Source: Flavobacterium sp. (GTDB lineage Bacteria; Bacteroidota; Bacteroidia; Flavobacteriales; Flavobacteriaceae). Taken from it: a stretch of 59,820 nucleotides of DNA. How positions within the stretch are numbered: position 1 is the first letter of the stretch; the number at the start of each line of letters is the position of its first letter. Made by a program: the position numbers and the translations under genes. This document shows positions 1 through 10,305 of the stretch, piece after piece. Below the pieces are notes generated by a model, which saw nothing but the letters and a program-made list of their open reading frames with translations, was not told where the DNA came from and made no database searches. The DNA lies in NCBI GenBank assembly GCA_024644805.1, contig JAHEHC010000001.1:1-59820 (forward strand). The letters run 5' to 3'.

Positions 1-1
1 T

Positions 2-355
2 AAGCCGGAAAAAGCGATTAGGATCATGAAAGAATTCGCACAGTATATCAACAGACACAATAGAGCTGGTGTGATATTCCCTGAAGGGACCAGAAGCCGG
101 GATGGGCAACCTAAAAAATTCAAGAAGAAAGGACTCCAAACCTTATTCGAGCAAATGCCACATGGCTATGTGCTTCCTATTTCAATCAACAATTCCTGGA
201 AATTGCAACGATATGGTATGTTTCCCATTCCCCTTGGTGTTCGTTTGAAGTTTATTATACACCCCGCCATCCGAATCTCGGATCATAAATGTGATGCTCT
301 GATCGATCTCATCGAAGAAAAGATCGTATCAAAAATTAAAGAGCTCACAGATTAA
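2..355 (+). CDS. lysophospholipid acyltransferase family protein (5'-truncated by window edge)
   Basis: IFPEGTRS acyltransferase motif; frame is open from position 2 (AAG CCG GAA...) upstream of the track ATG at 26. Confidence 0.8.
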   Translation, partial: KPEKAIRIMKEFAQYINRHNRAGVIFPEGTRSRDGQPKKFKKKGLQTLFEQMPHGYVLPISINNSWKLQRYGMFPIPLGVRLKFIIHPAIRISDHKCDALIDLIEEKIVSKIKELTD

Positions 356-1134
356 TTCCCCTTGAAATTGGCTTTTCTTTTTTCCAGAAAGGCAGACGTT
401 CCTTCTTTGAAATCGGCTGTTCCAAAACATTTTCCAAATTGGGTGATCTCGGTGTCAAATCCATTTTCACCTTCTTCATAATTGGCGTTGATCGCCGTTA
501 TTGCGGAAGCAATTGCTCTTGGAGAGTTTCTCATGATCTTCTTTGCTATGGATTGAGTAAAATCCAGCAGGTCTTCCTGAGAGGTAACATGATTTACCAA
601 TCCATATGAAAGTGCTTGCTCTGCATCGATCATTCCTGCGGTCATGATCATTTCCATAGCACGCCCTTTACCGATAAGTTGAGGTAGTCGTTGTGTTCCA
701 CCGTATCCGGGAATAAGGCCTAAGGAAACCTCGGGCAAGCCCATCTTTGCATTATCGCTTGCAATTCGAAAATGAGCTGCCATCGCCAATTCCAAACCTC
801 CACCCAATGCAAAGCCATTAACCGCAGCGATGACCGGAGTGGATAAATTGGCAATGAAATCAAATAATAAGGCCTGGCCTTCTGAAGCTAAATGTTCTCC
901 TTCGACCACTGAAAAGTCGGCAAACTCACTGATGTCGGCTCCGGCAACAAAGGCTTTTTCACCTGATCCGGTAATGATGATCACCCCTACTTGGTCGTTT
1001 TCATCGGCCTGATGAATGGCTTCGTGTAGTTCTTTGATCGTTGACTTATTCAAAGCGTTCAGTTTAGAAGGTCTATTGATGGTAATCGTGCAAATACCAT
1101 TCTTAACTTGGAGGAGAATATTTTCAAAGTTCAT
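352..1134 (-). CDS. enoyl-CoA hydratase/isomerase (crotonase family)
   Basis: AFVAGADI, AVNGFALGGGLELA, GLPEVSLGLIPGYGGTQRL motifs. Confidence 0.92.
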   Translation of the reverse strand: MNFENILLQVKNGICTITINRPSKLNALNKSTIKELHEAIHQADENDQVGVIIITGSGEKAFVAGADISEFADFSVVEGEHLASEGQALLFDFIANLSTPVIAAVNGFALGGGLELAMAAHFRIASDNAKMGLPEVSLGLIPGYGGTQRLPQLIGKGRAMEMIMTAGMIDAEQALSYGLVNHVTSQEDLLDFTQSIAKKIMRNSPRAIASAITAINANYEEGENGFDTEITQFGKCFGTADFKEGTSAFLEKRKANFKGN

Positions 1135-1193
1135 CGTTTCTTATACTTTTTTTACTGTTGAGCAAGCCAAACAAAGCTACAAAAATCACAATA

Positions 1194-2648
1194 CTATTTT
1201 GGGAAAATAACTTTAAATGTAGTCCCTTTACCTTCTACTGAATCAAATGTGATATCTCCACCATAGTTGTTCACGATCTTCTTTACCATGGCCAGTCCCA
1301 ATCCCATGCCGCTACTTTTGGTAGTGAATTTAGGCTCAAAGACCTTATCCTTATTCTCATCTAATACACCCAGGCCATTGTCTTTGACTGTTATTACCAC
1401 CATGTCCTTTTGGGAAAATACCCTGACATCAATTTTGGGATTCTCCGGTTGGTGTTGTTCTATGGCCTGTATGCTGTTCTTGATCAGATTGGTAACCACT
1501 CTGATTAGTTGTGTTCGATCAAATTTGGCAATGATCTCTTTTTCTTCCGTGAAGAAATAGATATACTCTTCTGTAAAAATATCCAATGCCAGTTTTGTGA
1601 TATTTACCACATCAAGGGTCTCATCTTGTTGTGCCGGCATTTGTGCATAGGTTGAAAATGCAGATGCTATCGACCCCATCGTATCGATCTGTTGGATCAA
1701 TGAATCGCTGAATTCATTCATCTTTTGTTCTATGTCTGGGTCATTTGGATCGAATTTTCGCTGAAAACTTTGTACGGTAAGACGCATTGGGGTCAATGGA
1801 TTCTTTATCTCATGCGCTACCTGCTTGGCCATTTCCCTCCAGGCGGCTTCACGTTCATTGGTTGCCAGTTGTGCGGCACTGATCTCCAATTCATCGATCA
1901 TACCATTATACGCACTGATCAATGCGGTTATCTCCTCTGAGGTATCATCAATGATGATCTTCTTGTTCCTTTTATCCAATCGGGTTTCCGTGATCTTCTG
2001 TCTGATGGTGTTCAACGATCGGGTAATGTATTTCGACAAGAAATAGGCCAATGCAATAGCGATCATCAACATAAACAGATAGGCATACCCCAATCGTTTC
2101 AAATTCTCCTTGAGTTCCATATTGATGAAACGGTCATCTTCTATATAGGGCAGGTTCAATATAGCAAGTGGTTTAAAGTGCCTGTCTGTTATAAAGGAAT
2201 AGGAGGAACGGTAATCCTGACCATTCTCCTCAAATTCTTCAACATAACTGTTTGTTGTCGAATTTCTCAATCCCTCCAAGGCCTTCTTAGACATTTTGAT
2301 ATGACTGGTGTCCTTTACCAAAGACGCCTTGGACGATTTTAGCAAATGCCCTTCCAGATCATATAGGTACAATTCTAATTTATGGATGTCTTTGATCTCA
2401 TAGATCTTGTCCTTGAAGATCAATGGGATCTTTTCAGTCTCTAAAGGATAGGTGGTCGTCTTAAGAACATAATTAATGTTCTCCCGGATCGCTGTTTCCT
2501 TCCTGATCAATCGCTCACGATGATAATCCTGGGTCTCTTCCCGGTATTGAAAAATAGTAACAACCGCAATTAGAATAGAGGCCCCAATGACTAACAGAAG
2601 CATGGATAAGAAGATCCTGGATCGCAAAGAGCCTTTATATAATTTCAT
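1194..2648 (-). CDS. membrane sensor histidine kinase (2 TM, HAMP, HisKA, HATPase)
   Basis: AHEIKNPLTP H-box, NLIKNS N-box, DNGLG, FTTK, GMGLGL. Confidence 0.92.
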   Translation of the reverse strand: MKLYKGSLRSRIFLSMLLLVIGASILIAVVTIFQYREETQDYHRERLIRKETAIRENINYVLKTTTYPLETEKIPLIFKDKIYEIKDIHKLELYLYDLEGHLLKSSKASLVKDTSHIKMSKKALEGLRNSTTNSYVEEFEENGQDYRSSYSFITDRHFKPLAILNLPYIEDDRFINMELKENLKRLGYAYLFMLMIAIALAYFLSKYITRSLNTIRQKITETRLDKRNKKIIIDDTSEEITALISAYNGMIDELEISAAQLATNEREAAWREMAKQVAHEIKNPLTPMRLTVQSFQRKFDPNDPDIEQKMNEFSDSLIQQIDTMGSIASAFSTYAQMPAQQDETLDVVNITKLALDIFTEEYIYFFTEEKEIIAKFDRTQLIRVVTNLIKNSIQAIEQHQPENPKIDVRVFSQKDMVVITVKDNGLGVLDENKDKVFEPKFTTKSSGMGLGLAMVKKIVNNYGGDITFDSVEGKGTTFKVIFPK

Positions 2649-2725
2649 TCAATCTTGTTTTGATCTTTTAGTTATCAATAATTAAACCAATATGGGAGCC
2701 ACTTTAATAACACAATCTAAATACA

Positions 2726-5700
2726 TCAATCATCATCTACAATCAGGTAATTGAGGTTCTTGGCATTAAATTGTTCATTAAACGATTCGATCTCATCAGC
2801 TATCAACTGATCAAACTTCTTCAATTCCCGATTGATCTTCAAAGTAAGTTCGTTCTTAACCGCTATATCTTGTTTGGTAGGTGGGTAATCGTCCATCCCA
2901 ACCAGGCTGTTCAAGTGTGCCAGTTTATTCGTGAGTTTTATAGGGAAATTCAGAGGATCCTGATTGCTCTTGTTCTTCGTTTGGTAGAGTGCTTTCTCGA
3001 TCTCCGACAATGAATCACTCAATTTTTCTGCTTTCTCTACCAGGTCTTTTACGTCCTCATTGTCCTTGTATTGTTTTTGGAATGCTTCAAGTTGGCCATT
3101 GATCTTTCGTATCTTCTTGATCGATTTATGTGCCTTATCGACCGTCTGGTTGATTTCAGTTATAAAATCGAATTGCCTTTGCATTCCATTGATATCAGTC
3201 TCAGAGTTTGGATCGGCAAGAATTAGAAAATTCTTTGTAAGATGTTGCTCATCGACCGAAAGGACCACTTTGTAATTCCCCGGAACCGTTTTTGGTCCTC
3301 GTGTGCTACCCCACCAGAAGATCATTCCATCGAGCATTTCGGCATCCTTTCCTCTGGTATCCCATATGAATTGATTTGATCCTTCTTTGAGCTTCAGGTT
3401 GTTCTTTTTATCCTTAGTGCTATAGGTTCTAATGGTATCATTCCTGTCGTTTAGGAAACTTATACTCACTTCCTTATCCTTGGGGTCCTTGATGTAAAAA
3501 TAGGTGATCACTCCGGATGGATGATTGGTCCCTGAGGTCAGTGAGCCATTAATAGAATTACCTCCCATCCGATACGTATCCTTGGGTTTAAATAGAAATA
3601 GGTCATGGTCTTTTGCATCCTCCAGCTGATGTAAAACTGTAAGGTCGTCCAGAACCCATAATGATCTTCCCTGAGTGGCAACGATCAAATTATTCTCTTT
3701 TACCTTAAGATCGGTTATAGGAACTATTGGAAGATTGAGCTGAAGTGGTTGCCAGTTTATACCATCGTTAAAAGAAACATACATGCCGGTCTCTGTTCCT
3801 GCATACAGAATACCCTTTTTGTTAGGATCTTCACGGATCACTCTTGTAAAATGCTCAGTATCTATTCCATTGGTGATCTTTTTCCAGGTCTTTCCATAAT
3901 CATCCGTCTTATACAAATAGGGAGCGAAATCGCCTGTCTTGTACTTGGTCCCGGCAATATAACAAGTACCTGCATTAAAGACAGAAGGTTCAATACTATT
4001 GATCATCATCCATTCCGGCATTCCTGAAGGAGTTACATTATCCCAGCTTTTCCCACCATCACGGGTAACATGCATCAATCCATCATCGCTACCAGTCCAG
4101 ATCAATCCTTGTTCCAAAGGAGATTCTGCCGCCGAAAAAATGGTGCAATAATATTCTACCGATGTGTTGTCTTGTGTTATGGGACCACCAGAGGATTTTA
4201 ATTTCGTAGGGTCATTCCGAGTGAGATCGGGACTTATCACTTCCCAGCTTTCTCCTTCGTTCTCGGAAACATGAACTACATTAGAGAAGGTGTAGAGTCT
4301 GTTTGGATTGTGTGGTGAGAAGAATATTGGAAAATTCCATTGAAAACGGTATTTAAGATCTTCGGCTCCATGCCCCATAGGATTGTCTGGCCATACACTG
4401 ATACTTCGAACAGTTCCTTTCTTATGATTGTATCTTGTTAGGAAACCGTCGTAGCTTCCCCCATAAACAATATCATTGTTCTCAGGATCAATGGTGATGT
4501 GTGCACTTTCACCACCAGCGGTTGGCTCCCAGTCGTCTTCATCGATGCTCCAGCCTTCATTTCTATGAACGATCCTAACGGTAGAATTGTCCTGCTGTGC
4601 CGCATAGATCCTATAGGGAAATGAATTGTCTGTTGTTACCCTGTAAAACTGTGCTGTAGGTTGATTGTGATAGGTGCTCCATGTTTTCCCTCCATCATAG
4701 GTGACCTGAGCTCCCCCGTCGTCTCCAATGATCATCCTTTTTGAATTTTCGGGTGCAATCCATAGATCGTGGTGGTCTCCATGAGGTGCATTATGTTCGC
4801 TGAATGTTTTTCCACCATCCACACTTTTATGGTATCTTACATTCATGACATAGACCCCATTCTCATCTTCACTATCGGCATAGATTCGAGAATAATACCA
4901 GGCCCTTTGACGTAATTTCCGTTCACTGTTCACATAGTCCCAGGTTTCACCTCCATCGTCACTACGGTAAACTCCGCCCTTCTCTTCATGCTCTATAATA
5001 ACCCAAATCCTATCATGTTTCACAGGAGACACGGTGATGCCTATATTTCCAAGTATCCCTTCTGGCAATCCCTTATTGCTTGAAATGTTGGTCCAGGTCT
5101 CGCCACTATCGATACTTTTCCAAAGTCCCGATCCATCCCCTCCACTACTCAAACTATAAGGTGTTCTTCTTACATTCCAGGTGGATGCAAACATGATCCT
5201 GGGGTTGGTGGGATCCATGATCAGATCTACCGCTCCAGCATCTTGATTCACAAATAGTTTTTGTTCCCAGGATCTGCCACCATCCACACTTTTGTAGATT
5301 CCTCGTTCTTTTGTAGGTTTATATATATTTCCTAAAACAGCGGCAAAAACAATATTATGGTCTTTAGGATGTACAACCATTCTGGGGATATGACGGCTCT
5401 TATTAAGGCCCATGGGTTTCCATGTCTTTCCTGCATCTACCGTTTTCCAAACTCCATAGCCTGAAGAGACATTCCCTCTAACGGTGGTCTCGCCACCACC
5501 AACATAGATCACATTGGGATCGTCTGCTGAAACCACTACCGAGCCTATGGATCCGCCAAAAAACCCATCAGAAATATTTTCCCAATGACGGCCTCCATCG
5601 ACCGTTTTCCAAACTCCACCACCGGTAGCACCAAAATAAAAGAGGTTTGGTTTGTTGGGTACACCGGTTACTGCAGCACTTCTCCCTCCTCTAAAAGGTC

Positions 5701-5827
5701 CTATTAGACGATACTCCTGAGCCTGATACAAGGATTCATCGATGGTTTGAGAATAGGTGGTCTGGATTGAAAGTATACCTGCAATAAATACTAGGGCAAA
5801 TACAGTTCTATAAGCGAAGTTCTTCAT
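2726..5827 (-). CDS. secreted BNR/Asp-box repeat (VPS10/sortilin-like beta-propeller) protein
   Basis: Signal peptide; repeated S/TxDxGxxW Asp-boxes (KTVDGGRHW, KSVDGGRSW, KSIDSGETW, RSDDGGETW, TRDGGKSW); C-terminal coiled coil. Confidence 0.85.
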   Translation of the reverse strand: MKNFAYRTVFALVFIAGILSIQTTYSQTIDESLYQAQEYRLIGPFRGGRSAAVTGVPNKPNLFYFGATGGGVWKTVDGGRHWENISDGFFGGSIGSVVVSADDPNVIYVGGGETTVRGNVSSGYGVWKTVDAGKTWKPMGLNKSRHIPRMVVHPKDHNIVFAAVLGNIYKPTKERGIYKSVDGGRSWEQKLFVNQDAGAVDLIMDPTNPRIMFASTWNVRRTPYSLSSGGDGSGLWKSIDSGETWTNISSNKGLPEGILGNIGITVSPVKHDRIWVIIEHEEKGGVYRSDDGGETWDYVNSERKLRQRAWYYSRIYADSEDENGVYVMNVRYHKSVDGGKTFSEHNAPHGDHHDLWIAPENSKRMIIGDDGGAQVTYDGGKTWSTYHNQPTAQFYRVTTDNSFPYRIYAAQQDNSTVRIVHRNEGWSIDEDDWEPTAGGESAHITIDPENNDIVYGGSYDGFLTRYNHKKGTVRSISVWPDNPMGHGAEDLKYRFQWNFPIFFSPHNPNRLYTFSNVVHVSENEGESWEVISPDLTRNDPTKLKSSGGPITQDNTSVEYYCTIFSAAESPLEQGLIWTGSDDGLMHVTRDGGKSWDNVTPSGMPEWMMINSIEPSVFNAGTCYIAGTKYKTGDFAPYLYKTDDYGKTWKKITNGIDTEHFTRVIREDPNKKGILYAGTETGMYVSFNDGINWQPLQLNLPIVPITDLKVKENNLIVATQGRSLWVLDDLTVLHQLEDAKDHDLFLFKPKDTYRMGGNSINGSLTSGTNHPSGVITYFYIKDPKDKEVSISFLNDRNDTIRTYSTKDKKNNLKLKEGSNQFIWDTRGKDAEMLDGMIFWWGSTRGPKTVPGNYKVVLSVDEQHLTKNFLILADPNSETDINGMQRQFDFITEINQTVDKAHKSIKKIRKINGQLEAFQKQYKDNEDVKDLVEKAEKLSDSLSEIEKALYQTKNKSNQDPLNFPIKLTNKLAHLNSLVGMDDYPPTKQDIAVKNELTLKINRELKKFDQLIADEIESFNEQFNAKNLNYLIVDDD

Positions 5828-5897
5828 GATCTTTAGATAAAAATAACACTAAAGATATGCTTTTTAAAAATGTATAAAAAAATGTAGAAGTGGAAAT

Positions 5898-6719
5898 TTA
5901 TTCCCAGCTATTGACCTCAATTTCTATATGATCGATAATGGACTGATCCTTGGTGTCATAAGGGATCTTGTCCAGAATATGCTCCATGGCCTCAATTCTG
6001 GCTTTGGTCTTTCTATTGGCCTGTATAACGATCCATGGAGCAAGATCTGTTGTGGTCTTTTCAAACATCTTTTCCTTATAACTGGTGTATTTGTCCCATA
6101 GTTCAATCGCTCTTTTGTCGACATCGCTGAATTTCCATTTTTTGATGGGACTGGTCTTGATCTCTTCAAATCGTTTGATCTGTTCATCCTTGGTTATCGA
6201 GAAATAGAGTTTGATCAGGCGAATACCGGATTCGGTAAGCATTCTTTCAAATTCATTTACCTGGTTCATAAAGATCGAATACTCCTCATCGGTACAAAAT
6301 CCATTTACGGGCTCGACAATGGCCCTATTGTACCAACTTCTATCGAAGAATACTATTTTTCCCTCCTGAGGTAACTGATTGATATATCGTTGAAAATACC
6401 ATTGCCCCTTTTCCTCTTCTGTAGGTTTGGGTAATGCTACTACTCTGAATTCACGGGGATTCATATGTTCTGTGGTCCTTCGAATTGCACCACCTTTTCC
6501 AGCAGCATCACGGCCTTCAAATATGATCACGACCTTTTCCTTGTTCAGTTCGACCCATTTCTGAAGCTTTATCAGTTCTTCCTGTAGTGATTTTAACCGT
6601 GACTCGTATTTTAAGAATTTAAGGACTTTGTTAATGGAAACATTATCTCTGGAAATAAATTCCATGATCGCTTTTTTCTTATTGAGTATTTCTAAGTTTT
6701 TTTCTGAAATTTTATCCAT
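5898..6719 (-). CDS. ppk2: polyphosphate kinase 2
   Basis: FEGRDAAGKGG Walker A, FDRSWYNRA Walker B, WKFS lid. Confidence 0.93.
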   Translation of the reverse strand: MDKISEKNLEILNKKKAIMEFISRDNVSINKVLKFLKYESRLKSLQEELIKLQKWVELNKEKVVIIFEGRDAAGKGGAIRRTTEHMNPREFRVVALPKPTEEEKGQWYFQRYINQLPQEGKIVFFDRSWYNRAIVEPVNGFCTDEEYSIFMNQVNEFERMLTESGIRLIKLYFSITKDEQIKRFEEIKTSPIKKWKFSDVDKRAIELWDKYTSYKEKMFEKTTTDLAPWIVIQANRKTKARIEAMEHILDKIPYDTKDQSIIDHIEIEVNSWE

Positions 6720-6720
6720 A

Positions 6721-7584
6721 TCAAATATCCATTTTCTTTATAGTTCTATGATATCGTTGAACAATGTTTGGATCAGGCAATAATGTGGTTCCTGTATCGC
6801 CCTTCCCTTCGTAATCGAATTTTGAAAGAATATATCGAATACTCTCGAGTCTGGCTTCTTTTTTAATGTTCGTCTTAACGATCATCCAAGGGCTAAAAAT
6901 AGTGTGGGTATGACCAAACATCTGATCTTTATAGAAAGTGTAATCGTCCCATCGTATTTGTCCCTCCTTATCAACCGGACTGAATTTCCATCGTTTTAAT
7001 GGGTTTTCAAGCCTCGAATTAAATCGGGCCAGCTGTTCGTCTTTGGTAATGGAGAACCAGAATTTTATCAGATGAATACCGTCCTCATAAAGCATATGTT
7101 CAAAACCAGGGACCTGAACCATGAACTTATCGTATTGATCCTTGGTGCAAAACCCCATAACGGGTTCCACTACAGCCCTATTGTACCAACTCCTATCAAA
7201 GAACACCAACTCGCCCGGATTCGGCATTTCTTTAATGTAGCGTCTGAAATACCATTGCCCTTTTTCGACATCAGTTGGTTTGGCCAATGCTACAATTCGC
7301 ATCGATCGCGGATTTAAGTGCTCGGTCATTCTTCTGATAGAACCTCCTTTCCCTGAAGCATCCCTTCCTTCGAATATGACACAGACCCTTTTCTTGTGCT
7401 TGGCCACCCACTGCTGTAGGTTCACCAGTTCGGCCTGAAGCTTGTAAAGCTCACTATCATAATATAGATCGTATTCGATCTTAGCGTATTTTTCAGGAGA
7501 GATTTTGTCTTTTACAATGTGTAACTTTTCCCTAGGGGTTAAGGAACTATCACTTAATTTCTGGAAATCATCTAATATCAGCAT
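6721..7584 (-). CDS. ppk2: polyphosphate kinase 2 (tandem paralogue)
   Basis: FEGRDASGKGG, FDRSWYNRA, PLKRWKFSPVD. Confidence 0.93.
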   Translation of the reverse strand: MLILDDFQKLSDSSLTPREKLHIVKDKISPEKYAKIEYDLYYDSELYKLQAELVNLQQWVAKHKKRVCVIFEGRDASGKGGSIRRMTEHLNPRSMRIVALAKPTDVEKGQWYFRRYIKEMPNPGELVFFDRSWYNRAVVEPVMGFCTKDQYDKFMVQVPGFEHMLYEDGIHLIKFWFSITKDEQLARFNSRLENPLKRWKFSPVDKEGQIRWDDYTFYKDQMFGHTHTIFSPWMIVKTNIKKEARLESIRYILSKFDYEGKGDTGTTLLPDPNIVQRYHRTIKKMDI

Positions 7585-7633
7585 AAATAAAAAATGTAAT
7601 TGGCAAAGGTCTTAAAATAAATTTTATCTTCAT

Positions 7634-7647
7634 ATGACAAAAATCAC
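7634..7647. promoter_or_regulatory. putative FNR-like box (aTGAC-AAAA-ATCAc) for the ppk2 promoter
   Basis: TGAy-N4-ATCA palindrome 22 bp upstream of minus-strand -7-like GACCTTTG (7611-7604). Confidence 0.45.
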
Positions 7648-7652
7648 CTTCA

Positions 7653-8402
7653 ATGTTCAAAAATACATTAAATGGTATTAAGGCCTATGGAAACTCCTTA
7701 AAAATGATCCGTAAACTTGAATTATGGAAGTATTTTGGGGTCCCTATACTGATTAGTTTACTTACCGGTATCTCTATTGGAGTATCGACCTGGGTGTTTT
7801 CTGATGATCTCGGATATTGGATCTCAAAGATGTGGCCTTGGGAATGGGGGGCTGAAACTTTCAGATCGATCAGTACCATCGTTGGTGCTATGGCCATCAT
7901 TGCCTTCGGCCTTATTGTTTACAAGCATATCGTTTTGGCATTGAGTGCCCCCTTTATGGGTTTGGTCTCAGAAAAGATCGAGGCCCATATGATCGGTGAG
8001 GACCCGGATCTGAAAAACACCTTCAATTGGGGTCTCATTTGGAGAGGTATCCGGATCAATGTAAGAAACCTCATGTTGGAGCTATTGCTTTCCGTCCCCA
8101 TCCTGCTGATAGGATTTATACCGATAATTGGCTTTATATCCACTCCTTTACTGTTTTTGGTTCAGGCCTATTATGCCGGATTTGGGAATATGGACTATAC
8201 CCTGGAACGACACCTCTCCTATAAAAAAAGCATTCAATTCGTTGGAAATCATAGAGGAATCGCATTGGGAAATGGAATGGTCTTTATGTTGATGTTGCTC
8301 GTTCCGATTTTGGGTATTATCTTGGTGCTTCCACTTTCTGTTACTGCGGCCAGTACAGAAACCATAAATGTTGTCTTAAAATCAAAATCAAAAAACCAAT
8401 GA
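7653..8402 (+). CDS. EI24/CysZ-like membrane protein
   Basis: Multi-TM; APFMGLVSEKIE and DYTLERH motifs typical of EI24/CysZ family. Confidence 0.75.
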   Translation: MFKNTLNGIKAYGNSLKMIRKLELWKYFGVPILISLLTGISIGVSTWVFSDDLGYWISKMWPWEWGAETFRSISTIVGAMAIIAFGLIVYKHIVLALSAPFMGLVSEKIEAHMIGEDPDLKNTFNWGLIWRGIRINVRNLMLELLLSVPILLIGFIPIIGFISTPLLFLVQAYYAGFGNMDYTLERHLSYKKSIQFVGNHRGIALGNGMVFMLMLLVPILGIILVLPLSVTAASTETINVVLKSKSKNQ

Positions 8403-8914
8403 AACCCAATTATTTGATCATTCTATTCCTATTTCTGTCAACCTTGAGTGCCAAGTCACAAACGGAAGAGGTTAAAGACGCTTTTTTAGAGAAATGGGAA
8501 AATTCGAAAAATTATCTGCTGGAGATATCCGAGATCATGCCCGAAGAATTTTACGATTTCAAACCCACCGAAAGACAACGATCTTTCAAAGAACAACTGA
8601 TCCATATCAAGGGAAATATTGAATGGTTAAGCAGCACCTATTTTACCGATATAGAATATAACCGTAAAACGGAACTGCCGGAGACTAAGGAAGAAATACT
8701 CTCATTGATTAAAAATGCTTTTGACAATTCCGCAGAGATCATTCGAAATACACCCATTGAAGAGCTGTCACAGACTGTCGATTTCTTTGCAGGACCCAAA
8801 AGTAAATTGCAAATACTCAACTTATTACAAGATCATGTGTCCCATCACAGAGGACAATTGATCGTCTATCTAAACCTCAAGAATATAGTCCCGCCTAAAT
8901 ATGTGGGTTGGTAA
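8399..8914 (+). CDS. DinB family protein with signal peptide
   Basis: FKPT..RSFKEQLIH and DHVSHHRGQLIVYL His motifs. Confidence 0.85.
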   Translation: MKPNYLIILFLFLSTLSAKSQTEEVKDAFLEKWENSKNYLLEISEIMPEEFYDFKPTERQRSFKEQLIHIKGNIEWLSSTYFTDIEYNRKTELPETKEEILSLIKNAFDNSAEIIRNTPIEELSQTVDFFAGPKSKLQILNLLQDHVSHHRGQLIVYLNLKNIVPPKYVGW

Positions 8915-8918
8915 TGTT

Positions 8919-9395
8919 ATGGAAACCTATAATTTAAATTGCCCAATCGGCACACTTAGAATTGAAGGAGATGAAAACGGAATTGCTTCTGCATCTTTTC
9001 TGAAAACTGAAGAATTCGTGTCAAAAGAAATACCCAATGTTTTATTGGACGCCATCACGCAACTGGAGAAGTATTTTAATGGAAAGTTAACCGATTTTAA
9101 ACTGAAGCTAAACCCCCATGGAACCGAGTTTCAAAAGAGGGTATGGAATGAATTGATGGCCATTCCTTATTCAAAGACCATCAGCTATCAGGAACTGGCC
9201 AATCGGTTAAAGGACCCCCTGGTGATCAGAGCAGCAGCAGCAGCAAATGGTAAAAATCCGATAGCGGTCATCATCCCCTGCCACAGGGTGATTGGCAGTG
9301 ATGGATCATTGACCGGCTATGCTGGAGGTCTACACCGAAAGAAATGGTTATTGGAACATGAAAACCCTGTTAAACAACAATCCTTATTTCAATAA
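8919..9395 (+). CDS. ogt: methylated-DNA-protein-cysteine methyltransferase
   Basis: GTEFQKRVW, IPCHRVI active site; second ATG (8919) preferred over 8901 to avoid overlap. Confidence 0.92.
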   Translation: METYNLNCPIGTLRIEGDENGIASASFLKTEEFVSKEIPNVLLDAITQLEKYFNGKLTDFKLKLNPHGTEFQKRVWNELMAIPYSKTISYQELANRLKDPLVIRAAAAANGKNPIAVIIPCHRVIGSDGSLTGYAGGLHRKKWLLEHENPVKQQSLFQ

Positions 9396-9433
9396 ATTGT
9401 ATCTTTATCCATCTCCCCGCAATTTTATAATTT

Positions 9434-10147
9434 ATGATAACTAGAATCAAACTGGACTCCATATTATTTCTGGATATAGAGACCGTACCCCTTTTTTCAA
9501 ATTATGAGGATTTGGATCAGGAAGCCAAAGCCCTTTGGGAGGTGAAAACCAAATACCAGCGAAAAGACGAATTCACTCCTGAGGAATTCTACGACAGAGC
9601 CGGAATTTGGGCTGAGTTCGGAAAAATAATTTGTATTTCGGTTGGCTATTTTGTGTTCAAAGGGGATAAAAGAAATTTCAGGGTGACCACCTTTCACGGT
9701 AACGAAAAAGATCTTCTTAATGAGTTCAAATCATTGCTCGAATCCCATTTTAACAGACCACAGCATTTGCTATGTGCTCATAATGGAAAGGAGTTCGATT
9801 TTCCTTTCATTGCCAGAAGAATGATCATCAACGGTATCGATCTTCCTTATAAATTGAATCTCTTCGGAAAAAAACCCTGGGAGATTCCCCATCTTGACAC
9901 CATGGAATTATGGAAGTTTGGTGATTATAAGACATTCACCTCACTGAAGTTAATGTCGTATGTGCTCGGAGTACCATCACCCAAAGAGGATCTGGACGGC
10001 AGTATGGTAAGGGATGTCTATTATGAGGAAAAGGATATCGATAAGATCCTTCGGTATTGTGAAAAAGATACAGTAACTATCGCTCAGATCCTGCTTCGAT
10101 TGCGAAATGATGAATTGCTGACCGAAGATGAGATCAAATCGGTATAA
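9434..10147 (+). CDS. 3'-5' exonuclease, PolB-exonuclease-like (DEDDy)
   Basis: LDIET, HNGKEFDFPF, YCEKD motifs. Confidence 0.88.
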   Translation: MITRIKLDSILFLDIETVPLFSNYEDLDQEAKALWEVKTKYQRKDEFTPEEFYDRAGIWAEFGKIICISVGYFVFKGDKRNFRVTTFHGNEKDLLNEFKSLLESHFNRPQHLLCAHNGKEFDFPFIARRMIINGIDLPYKLNLFGKKPWEIPHLDTMELWKFGDYKTFTSLKLMSYVLGVPSPKEDLDGSMVRDVYYEEKDIDKILRYCEKDTVTIAQILLRLRNDELLTEDEIKSV

Positions 10148-10305
10148 TCCATTCATAAATCGTATAATTTTTGTAGGTTTACTCTATGCTTTCTAACAAA
10201 AGAACTGATCTGGCTGTCATGCCCTGGGTGTTCATCCCGGGATTATAACTACACCATACTATCCACATTTAGATTTCCATTATTTAACCTTTAACCATTC
10301 AAAAA

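Noticed and set aside
1194-2648. Orphan histidine kinase
   Set aside because: Unpaired kinases are common in flavobacteria; no unusual domain seen
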